Part shown: piece by piece, positions 28,401-37,782 of the stretch
How positions within the stretch are numbered: the stretch's first letter is position 1
Layout: the number at the start of each line of letters is the position of its first letter
From: Spirochaetota bacterium
GTDB lineage: Bacteria; Spirochaetota; UBA4802; UBA5550
NCBI GenBank assembly: GCA_050298055.1
Contig: JBNKTL010000017.1
Coordinates: 26,306 to 90,305, forward strand
Reading direction: 5' to 3'
Length of the DNA stretch: 64,000 bases
Program-made: the position numbers and the translations under genes
Notes under the pieces: model-generated
Seen by the model: only the letters and a program-made list of their open reading frames with translations
Database searches by the model: none
What the model was told of the DNA's origin: nothing

Positions 28401-29280
28401 TGTTACCCAGATTGTAAAAAACCTGCAGGGGGTCAAAAGCGAGATCCTTGAATTTAACCTTTCCCAGATGTATTCACTCAATGACCTTATGGAAGCCTTT
28501 CACCTGATCCAGGATGCCGGACAGCGTGACAGGCTCCCCGTTGTTTTCTGGGACGAATTTGACTGTGAATTCAACGAAAATATCTTCGGGTGGCTTAAAA
28601 ACTTTTTAGCGCCCATGCAGGACGGTATGTACCTGAAGGACGGCAAAGACCACTATTTCGGCCAGGCAATTTTTATTTTTGCCGGTGGCATATGTTCAAA
28701 TGATATTGTCTTTAAAGCTCTTAGGGTTGCAAAACAAGACGTTAATAAATATCTTGCTGATACATATCAAGATATTGATGGAGAGATACTAGAACAATAT
28801 GCCCGTGAAGCAACTTCAATTTTAAAAGACATAAATTCTACGAAGATCAAAACCCTGAAATTACCGGATTTTATCAGCCGGCTAAAGCTCACCTATACGG
28901 TCCCGACAAGTAGGATTAGTGATTTAAACAAAAAAATTTTTAACACAAGTGAAAATATTAATGATACAAAACTGGAGGGCAAGGAAGCTGCAATTATCTT
29001 TCGCAGGGCAAGTCTCATCAGAAACCAACTGGCAAGCCATGCCGGACACCTCAAGACTATGGACTTTAAGGCCTTTCATCGACTGTTGCTCTCAGATAGA
29101 TATGCATGTGCCCGTGATCTTGAAAGCGCCATTGAGGCAAGCACCCTGGCAGACGTGGAAAACTTCGGACTCAGCGCCCTTCCATTGTCTCAGGAAAGTG
29201 ACAATGAAATTAAGTTAAACAAATTAGTAATAGACTATGGTAAAAAAGAGATTACTTTGAACAACCTTAACCGGACCTGA
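25402..29280 (+). CDS. Large fusion protein: HAD phosphatase + degenerate PfkB-like region + ClpB-D2-type AAA+ ATPase
   Basis: RBS GGAGGG; FDADDTLW and YIGNSLKNDI (HAD); IGDF and YGGAML (PfkB-like); GEPGSGKS, VVFWDEFD, LAPMQDG, PDFISRL, ARDLE (AAA+). Confidence 0.85.
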   Translation: MGKYIKDSRILDEEDKKTILIFDADDTLWESSKHWRDIKIDIAHEIINVLFKNKNKIVMDYLDLAKEKLKENSEELKIDLKDYLRKHELKSFKNSIKEKILIDRIQLYIQQDDKTEYIKEFIVSLEKLVIDKYDKDSFKILIELFIIYFNFREEKNHSNKARGIDNFRTVLLEIVKELFDENDEIIWIESYVNKKIHELESIRYTAKDGVRSALSILKKTHHLAILSQGSPYEINSKLKTSGLNVFFDNNNIVLDFNKNSDFKELKNEIPHTKEIFYIGNSLKNDILPAFKAGFRTIFYPNSNTWINDDVVDNENFTDIKTYLIRTPMEIMSIVNIKNEEKLKKLLKYDSHTKTIKYLENGKTNEITIYNFCTQKGLIFCIGDFIHEMFVIPKSIAYESVRRHSEIHRGTENDILPIQQYGGAMLSQSLLNVLNTGENEYIVKSPPCIDVNQAERLYPWQTGTVIDKENKDRLYNQQIFYLKKNQFNDNLIENGSTFRVETLLTRTYAEDIYARLYKCIKNHNDKGKLETKLSDFFDNESSMNSILNKCNNDLCIHSCERNSAEHNKNGLIEKLSRELSDRSEGKTQDGILFNIFKKNFSCYHYKNCDDQLEDISSLYSNNENSYLVIDYFSDQNRNKNKDNIAIKKLFENKEINNFNTIFIKCNDPIEAITLSYKIDNIWIIGNITNLFNKSGTHYYSWEALIEAVIKELETYENGSIIKVENCFNLVLLCKNEGCIYIEKKRNENTFHMHTFIDPFNQYGTFSASNYGWVAGFQNIFITKFVHSFVSEKSIDHVNSVGDAWKYARAVFLLGYGSIELIENNEIDKIPSLIPVAENLKTVKEIMTKCDEELTDFEKKFRDYVQDVLQYSVNVDMKRDDQMFQQEGNEGKVYHYSKNFSLLCKYRLSLKQAFIISEKIIELGPDALNNDIYFEPGKEPDKKISFRIPFLKIGNHISIFRKEIEEVNLIYTVIRDYVKRKTTKRPLSIAVFGEPGSGKSFTVTQIVKNLQGVKSEILEFNLSQMYSLNDLMEAFHLIQDAGQRDRLPVVFWDEFDCEFNENIFGWLKNFLAPMQDGMYLKDGKDHYFGQAIFIFAGGICSNDIVFKALRVAKQDVNKYLADTYQDIDGEILEQYAREATSILKDINSTKIKTLKLPDFISRLKLTYTVPTSRISDLNKKIFNTSENINDTKLEGKEAAIIFRRASLIRNQLASHAGHLKTMDFKAFHRLLLSDRYACARDLESAIEASTLADVENFGLSALPLSQESDNEIKLNKLVIDYGKKEITLNNLNRT

Positions 29281-29461
29281 CAGTGTAAATGATCCGCGGG
29301 AAGAGCCATCCCCGACTGCGCGGTTCCTGGACCGATACTGTCATAAAACCGGTTTTATCTATGAGGCCCGACATATCTTTTTTTTCAGCCGGGAGTGAAA
29401 AAGCCGGGAAGCTGGTTTTCAATTTATCGAATGTTTTATGAATCTTAGCGTTGAATTTATA

Positions 29462-29490
29462 TTGACAGTTATTTTTTAGGAACCTAACAT
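29462..29490 (+). promoter_or_regulatory. Sigma70-type promoter
   Basis: TTGACA-17 nt-TAACAT. Confidence 0.5.
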
Positions 29491-29496
29491 GGAGAT

Positions 29497-30402
29497 GTGA
29501 TGTGGCATATCTCTTCTCTGACTGCGTTTTTAATTATCATAACACTTGTTCCTGTGAGTGGCGCGGAACCGGCTGCTCACAGAAGCACGCAGAAGCAGGT
29601 TGAAGCTGCCGGAAGCCTGCTGAAGATCATTTCCCTTGTTCCCGGAGAAGGGAAGCCTGTAAGCGGCAGGTCGATGCTGAAGGCAGAGGTTTCGGTTGAT
29701 ATCCCCGGATTTACACCGGATGATCAGTACCTGCTTCGGGTCTACATGAGGAGTATGAAAAAGGGACAGCCGGGGAAGTACTTTGTGGACACCTATGATA
29801 TTACGTCACGTAAAAATCATATGTACATCATTGTTCCCATTAACAAAGTCCTGGGAGGTTTCGGGAAGGGTGAGGTGGGTGTGGACTTTTCAGTGGCCCG
29901 GAAAAAGAGGGGCCTTTACGCACCGCTGCATATTATGACAACGGTTACAAAAAAGTATATAAACACCGGGGAGGGGATCTCCCCGGAAAGCCGGAGAATC
30001 AACTGGGAGAGAAGAACGGATTCTTTAGACACGGGGAATGATTCCTTCGGCAATATCGAACCTGTTGTCATGAAGATCCGGGACCTGAATAAAACTGCCG
30101 GTTCAACCATCCAGCCCGGCGGGGAGATCACCGGAACCGTGGATTACCGTATACCCGGGTATTCAGGGACCCGGCGGTACATCATCTACCTCTATGAGAT
30201 CACAGGCGGCAATTACCGTCTGGTCAAAAAATTCCGCATACCTTCGGGAAGCGGCAGCATTCCCTTCAGCTATACCTCTCCTTCCGGGGGAAGAGGTGAC
30301 GGGGATTTAACCATCAGGTTCGTGGTGAACAGGTACTCACGGATGGGCTTTCTCCCCGTCTTTACCTGTGATGCCGTCCGGTATAGGACCGGGAAGCATT
30401 AG
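29497..30402 (+). CDS. Exported hypothetical protein with two tandem beta-rich domains
   Basis: Signal peptide; internal repeat (KIISL..G.....V..DIPGF...Y.L / KIRDL..G.....VDYRIPGY...Y.I). Confidence 0.65.
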   Translation: MMWHISSLTAFLIIITLVPVSGAEPAAHRSTQKQVEAAGSLLKIISLVPGEGKPVSGRSMLKAEVSVDIPGFTPDDQYLLRVYMRSMKKGQPGKYFVDTYDITSRKNHMYIIVPINKVLGGFGKGEVGVDFSVARKKRGLYAPLHIMTTVTKKYINTGEGISPESRRINWERRTDSLDTGNDSFGNIEPVVMKIRDLNKTAGSTIQPGGEITGTVDYRIPGYSGTRRYIIYLYEITGGNYRLVKKFRIPSGSGSIPFSYTSPSGGRGDGDLTIRFVVNRYSRMGFLPVFTCDAVRYRTGKH

Positions 30403-30831
30403 TCTGCCGGCGGCTCCCGGAGGGAGGTGCATACCGGGCCGGGGACTGCTCCCGTATCCCGGCATTGTTTTTTTACCTCTGTAAAATTCTTCTTTTTCAA
30501 CCGCGCATCGTCAAAATGGGCTCTTCCCGTAAGCTTAATGGGATGATGCTCTCTCTCCGGTTTAATTAAAGTGAAGCCGGTAAAGTCCCGTATAGTCACG
30601 GCTCTATATATACTTGTTGACAGAAGGAATACCGGATATATACTGCCTGGAGAATCAGCGAACATTTTATTATTACAATTATCGGTACAATTTATTTGTA
30701 TTTTGCCTTCCTGAGGTAACTGTCTGGAATAAGTTACCAATCATTTGAGTAAAAATTAAATTTGTAAGCCCTCTGAATATTGTTTTCTCTCAATAAGCCG
30801 TTTATGTCATGAACAGTAAAATTGCATATAA

Positions 30832-31980
30832 ATGAATATACTTCAGATAGCCACACTGAACCGGCCCATTAAGCAGGACCTGGGTTACGGCCCTATTGAA
30901 GCGGTTATTTATAACATTGATAAAGGTCTGCATAAATTGGGTCACCGTTCTCTTGTTGCCTGTTCCGGTGATTCAAAAGTTTTCGGAGAACAATACTCCA
31001 CCATAGAGAAGAGTTTCAGTGAATACCACAGTACAAATACCCGGGAACAGCGGAAAAATATGCGCAGGCATCTTCTCCTCTCCCTTGAAAGGGCGAAAAA
31101 GTGTGATATTGATATCATCCATATACATGACGCCGCCATGGTTGAATATATTTTTAACGGAGTTGTTAAAAGTCCTGTTCCCATTGTGATGACACTCCAT
31201 GTGCCTGCAAAAGACAAAGGGCCATTCAGGCTGTGGAATGAGTCGCTTATTTCCACTTCCCGGGTGTTTTTTGTCCCGATCAGTGAATACCAGAAAAAAC
31301 AACACAATGGATTAATGAACATTCAGAATGTTATCCACCACGGTATTGATGTGGAGGACTATCCCTTTAAATCTGGCTCCGGTAAACAGGAATATCTGTT
31401 CTCCATCGGAAGGATCACAAAGGATAAAGGGCAGGATATCGCAATCGAGATCGCGAAAAAAACCGGCAACCGGCTCATCATTGCCGGTAATGTTCAGAAC
31501 AAAAAAAAAGACAGGGCATTCTTCAACAGTATCATAGAATCAATCGACCTTGTGACTGATCTGCCTGAACCCTGTGACGATAACGACTATTATGAAAAGA
31601 TCATGAAACCGATTCTGGATTCGGATCACCAGATCATCTATATCGGAGAAGTCAATACCGCCCGGAAAATGCTCTGGTACATGCATGCAAAGGCGACGCT
31701 TTTTCCCATACAATGGGGAGAACCCTTCGGGCTTGTGCTGATCGAATCAATGGCCTCCGGTACGCCGGTTGTGGCCTTCAATAAAGGCTCGGTGCCTGAA
31801 ATTGTTATTCATGAAAAAACCGGTTTTGTGGTAGATTCAATAGATGAAATGGTCAATGCGGTGAGTGAGATCGGTATTATCAAACACCATGACTGCCGAA
31901 GTCACATTAAAGAGAATTTTTCAATTTTAAGTATGGCTGAAAAATATTCAGAGCTGTATCAATCTGTTATGGAGAAGTAA
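30832..31980 (+). CDS. Glycosyltransferase family 4
   Basis: YGPIE, GRITKDKG, EPFGLVLIESMASGTPVV. Confidence 0.93.
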   Translation: MNILQIATLNRPIKQDLGYGPIEAVIYNIDKGLHKLGHRSLVACSGDSKVFGEQYSTIEKSFSEYHSTNTREQRKNMRRHLLLSLERAKKCDIDIIHIHDAAMVEYIFNGVVKSPVPIVMTLHVPAKDKGPFRLWNESLISTSRVFFVPISEYQKKQHNGLMNIQNVIHHGIDVEDYPFKSGSGKQEYLFSIGRITKDKGQDIAIEIAKKTGNRLIIAGNVQNKKKDRAFFNSIIESIDLVTDLPEPCDDNDYYEKIMKPILDSDHQIIYIGEVNTARKMLWYMHAKATLFPIQWGEPFGLVLIESMASGTPVVAFNKGSVPEIVIHEKTGFVVDSIDEMVNAVSEIGIIKHHDCRSHIKENFSILSMAEKYSELYQSVMEK

Positions 31981-31985
31981 AATTA

Positions 31986-33947
31986 ATGCCCAGAGATATC
32001 CCTGTCAGTAACGGTTCTTTCCTTTTGAATTTTGATCCGGATTACCAGATCAGAGATGTTTATTATCCTTTTATCGGACAGGAAAACCATTCCAGCGGGA
32101 ATCCTTTTCTCTTTGGGGTATGGGTGGATGGGAAGTATTCGCGCATGGGACCGGAGTGGGAAAAAGATCTGCGATACCGGGATAACAGTCTTATAACAAA
32201 CGTTTATCTCAAAAATGACGATCTGGGCCTGACAATTCGATGCTCCGATGTTGTGGATATGGATTTAAACATCTACATCAAAAAAATCGAAGTTACCAAC
32301 CTTGAAGGGAAGAACCGACAGGTCCGGCTTTTTTTCAGTCATGAATTTAATCTCTATGGGAATGATATCGGAGGCACAGCTTATTTTGATCCCCGGAGCT
32401 GTTCAATCATCCATTATAAAGTCAACCGGTATTTTCTTATAAGCTGCTGGGCCCATGACCAGTGGGGAATGAAACATTTTTCCTGCGGGAGAAGAAATGC
32501 TTCGGGTAGTTTAGAGACCATTAAAGAGACGGAGGAGGGAAAACTCAGCGGGAATCCTTCCGCATGGGGTTCGCCTCATTCCACTATCGGCATCTGGCTG
32601 GATTTGACAGGCGGGGGAACAGAAACCACCTATTACTGGATAGCGGCGGGGAAGACCTATTCCCAGGTGGCAGATCTCAACATGGCGGTCCACAAGATCA
32701 CCCCGGAAGAACTTCTCATCCGCTCATCAAAATACTGGAAGACATGGGTGCAGGAAACCTCCCAGGATTTTCATAATCTTCCCCGATCGGTCACTGAAGT
32801 TTATAAACGAAGCCTGCTTATATTGAGAACACAAATTGACAATCGCGGCGCCATAATTGCAGCCAATGATTCGGATATTATCCGTTTTGGAAAGGATACC
32901 TATTCGTATATGTGGGGACGGGACGGGGCTTTTGTTGCCGCCGCCCTGGCAAAGGCCGGTTACTCCCATGTCTGTATGAAGTATTTTAATTTTTGCGCCC
33001 GTATTTTATCCAGTGACGGGTACCTGTTTCAGCATTATAATCCCGACGGATCCCTTGCCAGTAACTGGCATCCCTGGCTTGTGGATGGGAACGAGGTCCT
33101 TCCTATCCAGGAAGATTCCACCGCTCTGACCCTGTGGGCACTCTGGATACACTACCGGAGCCTGAAGGATGTTGAATTCATCAAACCTCTCTACCGCACA
33201 CTCATCATAAAGGCCGCTGATTTCTTAGTAAGTTACCGGGACCCTCAAACCCTGCTGCCTTTACCCTCCTATGATCTCTGGGAGGAACGCTATGAACTGC
33301 ACACCTATACCGCCGCGACAGTGGTCGCGGGGCTCAGGGCTGCAGCTCATTTTTCAGAACTCTTTCAGGATACCTCACTGGCAGATAAGTATAACAGGGC
33401 GGCTGATGAAATAACAGCAGGGATTGAACAATACCTTTATCATAAGGGGCTTAAACGCTTTGCCCGTTCAGGTTCCCGGACAGACGGCGGGTATAAGCTG
33501 GATGAAGTCATTGATATCAGTCTTTTAAGCCTGGCGACTCTGGGAGTTCTGGATCCCGGAGATACGAAAATGATTGAAACGGCAGATGCCGTACATGAGA
33601 ACCTGTGGCTGAAAACCCCGACGGGAGGTTGCGCCCGGTACCAGGGAGATCTCTACCAGCGTACGGAAGACAGCCCCGGGGAGATTCCCGGGAACCCGTG
33701 GTTTATAGCTACACTCTGGCTGGCCGAATATTATATTGACCGGGCTGAGAACCGGCAACAGCTCCACGCTGCTGTTCCTTATCTTGAATGGTGTGTAAAA
33801 AATGCCCTCCCTTCGGGAGTGCTGGCCGAGCAGGTGCACCCTCTGAACGGTTCTCCACTCTGTGTTTCTCCTCTCACCTGGAGCCATTCCGCCTTTGCCT
33901 GGACAGTTCTGCGTTACATTGAAAAGATCAGGGGGTTTGAGGTTTAA
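31986..33947 (+). CDS. Glycoside hydrolase family 15 (glucoamylase/trehalase-like)
   Basis: YSYMWGRDG, QEDST, DLWEE, LAEQV, PLTWSHS. Confidence 0.93.
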   Translation: MPRDIPVSNGSFLLNFDPDYQIRDVYYPFIGQENHSSGNPFLFGVWVDGKYSRMGPEWEKDLRYRDNSLITNVYLKNDDLGLTIRCSDVVDMDLNIYIKKIEVTNLEGKNRQVRLFFSHEFNLYGNDIGGTAYFDPRSCSIIHYKVNRYFLISCWAHDQWGMKHFSCGRRNASGSLETIKETEEGKLSGNPSAWGSPHSTIGIWLDLTGGGTETTYYWIAAGKTYSQVADLNMAVHKITPEELLIRSSKYWKTWVQETSQDFHNLPRSVTEVYKRSLLILRTQIDNRGAIIAANDSDIIRFGKDTYSYMWGRDGAFVAAALAKAGYSHVCMKYFNFCARILSSDGYLFQHYNPDGSLASNWHPWLVDGNEVLPIQEDSTALTLWALWIHYRSLKDVEFIKPLYRTLIIKAADFLVSYRDPQTLLPLPSYDLWEERYELHTYTAATVVAGLRAAAHFSELFQDTSLADKYNRAADEITAGIEQYLYHKGLKRFARSGSRTDGGYKLDEVIDISLLSLATLGVLDPGDTKMIETADAVHENLWLKTPTGGCARYQGDLYQRTEDSPGEIPGNPWFIATLWLAEYYIDRAENRQQLHAAVPYLEWCVKNALPSGVLAEQVHPLNGSPLCVSPLTWSHSAFAWTVLRYIEKIRGFEV

Positions 33948-33995
33948 CAACCCGGTGGCGGCTAAAAAACAGGGCAGGGAGAAGAATTTCCTCCA

Positions 33996-35918
33996 TTATT
34001 CCGAGTACATACGGGCAATGGTATTTTTGTAATTGTCCAAAATAACTTTTCTTTTTACTTTAAGAGTTGGTGTCATCTCACCTGTTTCTTCAGTAAATTT
34101 TTTCGATAAAACAGTATATTTTTTCACCTGTTCAAAATCAGATAATTCCCTGTTTACTTTTTGGATATCTTCATCAATAAGAGCCTTTATTTTTTTGTCT
34201 GCGATCAGCTCTTCACCGACTTTAATGCAGAGGGGGGCGGGGCCGTCATAATTATATTCAAGGGCCTTTTTGTCATACTCAATCCCATTGGTATCACAAT
34301 AAGCGATAAGTTCGTTAAAGTCAGGGACAACAAGGGCGGAAACATATTTTTTATCATCGCCAACAGGAAAACAGATATCAATCCATTTGCTCAGAGAGAA
34401 AAGTGACTCAATGCGGGCAGAGGCTACATTTTTCCCCGTGTCAAGAACCATGATGCCTTTTTTCCGATCAATGATGCGGATAAATCCTTCAGCCACTTCC
34501 TCCACAATATCACCGGTTTTAAAAAAGCCGTCCTCTGTAAAGGCTTCCCCGGTTGCTTCTTCATTGTTCCAATAGCCAAGAAAGAGATTTTCTCCCCGGA
34601 CAAGCCATTCACCGTCATCAGCGATTTTTCCCTCAACACAGTCAGGAAGCATTCCAACTGAGCCGGGAAGAATTTTTCCCTCTCTGTTAAGGTTAATGGT
34701 GTTCCATGTCTCTGTGAGCCCGTAGCCCTCCATGATGATAATGCCCATTGCCAGAAAGGCTTTACACAGATCAGCGGGAAGAGAGCCCGCGGCAGAAAAG
34801 GCCCCGCGGAAACGGCCTCCAAAGCGGTCCCGCACCCGGGAAAAGACCAGACGGTCATAGAGACGATAGCGCAACTTAAGAAAAATGCCGGCCTTTTCAG
34901 TAATGTCCCTGTTCTCTTCTATTGGCAGAATACCATGTTCACCTGCAATTGTTTCCATGACCTGGAGCCCTGTTTTCATTGCCCGGTTAAATATTGCCGT
35001 TTTCACAGGTGATGCGGAGGCCATTGCCCGCATTGCCATATAGATTCTCTCATAGATTCTTGGTACAGATACGAATATGTGGGGCCTGAATATCTGCAGG
35101 TCCTGTACAATGGTCTTTGGTGTTGAATATGCGATTGTTGAGACTGACATCATGGCGCAGCCATGGCCGCATTCCCGTTCATAAGTATGAGAAAGCGGGA
35201 GGAAAGAGAGGAAAACATTTTCTTCAGGGAAAGCAGGGGCTATTTTCAGGTCACGGCATATGGCGGTATTGAACCCAAGATGGCTGTGCATGGCGCCTTT
35301 TGGTATGCCGGTGGTCCCGGATGTGTAAACAATGGTCATGAGGTCTGTGATTTCTACGGACCGCCACCGCTTTTCAAAGCAGCTCCGGTCTGACGCAAGT
35401 CTGTGGACCCCCAGTTCTCTCAACTGTTTTATACTCATGACACGATTGTCACTGGTTTCAAAATCATCGTTAAAAAGAACAACCTTCTCTAACCCCGGTA
35501 TCTGGTCCCAGACATTTATGATCTTTTTCAGCTGTTCATTTCCCTGAACATAGAGAATCTTTGATCCGGAATCCTTTAATATATAAGCTGTTTCATTTTC
35601 AGTCAGGGTGGGATAGATGCATACGGTGACTCCTGCAGCGGATAGAATGGAATAGTCTGCGTGTACCCATTGTGGGCAGGTATGCGCCATAACGGCTGCC
35701 CGGTCACCTTTTTCAAAACCCAGCTCCATGAGGCCGGCTGACAGCTCTTTAACTATCCGCCAGACTTCCGCGTATGTCAATGATTCCAGTGAACCATCTT
35801 CATTTTGCCACCACTGAAATCTCCTCTGGCCGAAACGAACCGCGTTACGGTTTAAAAGTGCCGGAGCTGTCAATTCCTCAATATACCATTTGTCAGTTGC
35901 TTTCGTCATTTCAATCAC
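33996..35918 (-). CDS. Long-chain fatty acid--CoA ligase
   Basis: YTSGTTGIPKG, EGYGLTET, FKTGDI. Confidence 0.93.
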   Translation of the reverse strand: MIEMTKATDKWYIEELTAPALLNRNAVRFGQRRFQWWQNEDGSLESLTYAEVWRIVKELSAGLMELGFEKGDRAAVMAHTCPQWVHADYSILSAAGVTVCIYPTLTENETAYILKDSGSKILYVQGNEQLKKIINVWDQIPGLEKVVLFNDDFETSDNRVMSIKQLRELGVHRLASDRSCFEKRWRSVEITDLMTIVYTSGTTGIPKGAMHSHLGFNTAICRDLKIAPAFPEENVFLSFLPLSHTYERECGHGCAMMSVSTIAYSTPKTIVQDLQIFRPHIFVSVPRIYERIYMAMRAMASASPVKTAIFNRAMKTGLQVMETIAGEHGILPIEENRDITEKAGIFLKLRYRLYDRLVFSRVRDRFGGRFRGAFSAAGSLPADLCKAFLAMGIIIMEGYGLTETWNTINLNREGKILPGSVGMLPDCVEGKIADDGEWLVRGENLFLGYWNNEEATGEAFTEDGFFKTGDIVEEVAEGFIRIIDRKKGIMVLDTGKNVASARIESLFSLSKWIDICFPVGDDKKYVSALVVPDFNELIAYCDTNGIEYDKKALEYNYDGPAPLCIKVGEELIADKKIKALIDEDIQKVNRELSDFEQVKKYTVLSKKFTEETGEMTPTLKVKRKVILDNYKNTIARMYSE

Positions 35919-36236
35919 CCCGGGTCATGTTTTTTCTTCTTTAATAGAAAAATCTATTTTATAAACTTTTAAGCACAATATATGCATATATATTTTAATA
36001 TACATTTGTCAACAGAATAAATATTTATTTCTCACCAATTGTCTGGTGAAAATTTGCTATCCATTGTAAAAAAAAGTATCAAAGGGTATCTCATGAGATA
36101 CCCGGTATCGGTTACCACACTTTTTATCATTCCTTGATAAGCAAAAATCTTTCTTAAAAAAACTTGCAAAAATTGCTTTTTGATGCCGTAAATAAACCAT
36201 ATATGAATTGAATCATCAGAACCAGGGATTGACAAT

Positions 36237-36563
36237 ATGAATCGTTTAGAAGCAAAAAAATGGATTTTGAAAAAGTGCGGCGAGGGCTGGCTGGGTCTTA
36301 TAGATGAAGTCTATGATAATCTTCCCCGGGGGATAGAAATTACACAGGTATATCAGAAGTATGCCGGTTTGCGTGTGGATATCAATCCTGAATCCGAATC
36401 ATTTGAAGATTTTCTTGCGGATATCGAAGAGAGAAGTTATTCCCTGTGTGAAATCTGCGGTAAAGAGGCAAGCCAGTACGAAATCAACGAGTGGGAATAT
36501 ACCCGGTGTACGGACCATTGTGAAAATGGAGTCGACCTCAATGATTTATTTGAAAAGGATTAG
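36237..36563 (+). CDS. Small hypothetical protein of a phage-common family with a Zn-binding C-terminus
   Basis: GEGW..LI, QVYQKYAGLR, CEICG...TRC..H. Confidence 0.7.
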   Translation: MNRLEAKKWILKKCGEGWLGLIDEVYDNLPRGIEITQVYQKYAGLRVDINPESESFEDFLADIEERSYSLCEICGKEASQYEINEWEYTRCTDHCENGVDLNDLFEKD

Positions 36564-36637
36564 TATGACGTTAAAAATTTTAAGAACTTTCTGTTATCAA
36601 GGTATAAGGATGTACGAGATTGTTAAAGTAAAGATAA

Positions 36638-37606
36638 TTAAATATGTATATTGATGCCGGCTAAGCCGGCATTTATTTTTGCATATTCAGCTTTAAAAAG
36701 CCTGTATCCAATAAATAATTCCAGATGTTTATATGAAATCCCAAGTCTTGATTCAAAGTCTATGAAATTAATATATTCGAAATTTATAGCACCATATTTT
36801 ATAATGAGAGAGAAAGGCTTTACTGGGTATGATTTTATTTTAACACCATACGCAACTCCATTTCTTGACAGGATACCCCTGAACATGGCTCTTTGAATAT
36901 AAAAGTCAGGTGAAATATAATCATTTTGAAATACCGGTAAATTAATTCCCAAGGCATAATAATCTAAATGATCTTCATCATCCTTTATTCTCAATAAATC
37001 GATCTCCGGACCAATTATTTTCCAAAACCGACCGGTAATTTTGCCAAAATATCCGGAGCCATTTTCCTTTGTCCGTAACCCGCCGCCATTTATTGAATAA
37101 TAATAATTCTTATATGTAGTTGTTTCCTTAAGTGATCTGGAAGGTTTTATATTGTCCGTTGATTCAAGAACATCTTTTTGTGTGTTTTTATCAACAAGAG
37201 AGTATGTATTATCTTTTTTTTGAATTGTTTTTAAATGTGATGATGCAGAATTCGCATTTTCATCATTTTTATCAGAAAAAGAAATATCGGTGATTTTATT
37301 TTCTTTTTTCTTAATGTAGTTTACAAAGTGTTTATCAAAATTTTTGTTATATGGGTAATCTGAATAATAGACACTAAAATTATGCATTGCCCATAAAAGA
37401 AAAACGACTTCAGAAATTTCACCCAGTATATCTCCCAGACATCCTCCATCGGAACTACTTGATGAACTTCCTTTTTTCCTTTTATTTCTCCTTTCCTCTT
37501 TTTTTACGTCATCTTTAAAATCCTTAAGAGAAGCCAGAATAATATTATGAGTAAAAATTATTGTAAAAATAAGGAGAAATGATAATAATTTGTTTTTTCT
37601 TTTCAT
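36638..37606 (-). CDS. Exported hypothetical protein, probable C-terminal outer-membrane beta-barrel
   Basis: Signal peptide; alternating beta-strand pattern in the C-terminal half. Confidence 0.6.
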   Translation of the reverse strand: MKRKNKLLSFLLIFTIIFTHNIILASLKDFKDDVKKEERRNKRKKGSSSSSSDGGCLGDILGEISEVVFLLWAMHNFSVYYSDYPYNKNFDKHFVNYIKKKENKITDISFSDKNDENANSASSHLKTIQKKDNTYSLVDKNTQKDVLESTDNIKPSRSLKETTTYKNYYYSINGGGLRTKENGSGYFGKITGRFWKIIGPEIDLLRIKDDEDHLDYYALGINLPVFQNDYISPDFYIQRAMFRGILSRNGVAYGVKIKSYPVKPFSLIIKYGAINFEYINFIDFESRLGISYKHLELFIGYRLFKAEYAKINAGLAGINIHI

Positions 37607-37782
37607 AAAATATTAATACAAAATTCTTCCAACCGTCATGGAGGGTTGTAATTAAGTTTTTAAGGCATTGTACTTAACGTCTCCGGATTAAGTACATTCT
37701 TCCCTGACCAGGCCCAGGTCAAATATGTCAGTGCGAATTGCCCGGGACTGCGGGCACAATAGCAACAGGTTAAAACCTGCGG

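Noticed and set aside
19748..29280. Prophage or integrative element explaining the AT-rich region
   Set aside because: No integrase, transposase, phage structural gene or flanking direct repeat could be identified
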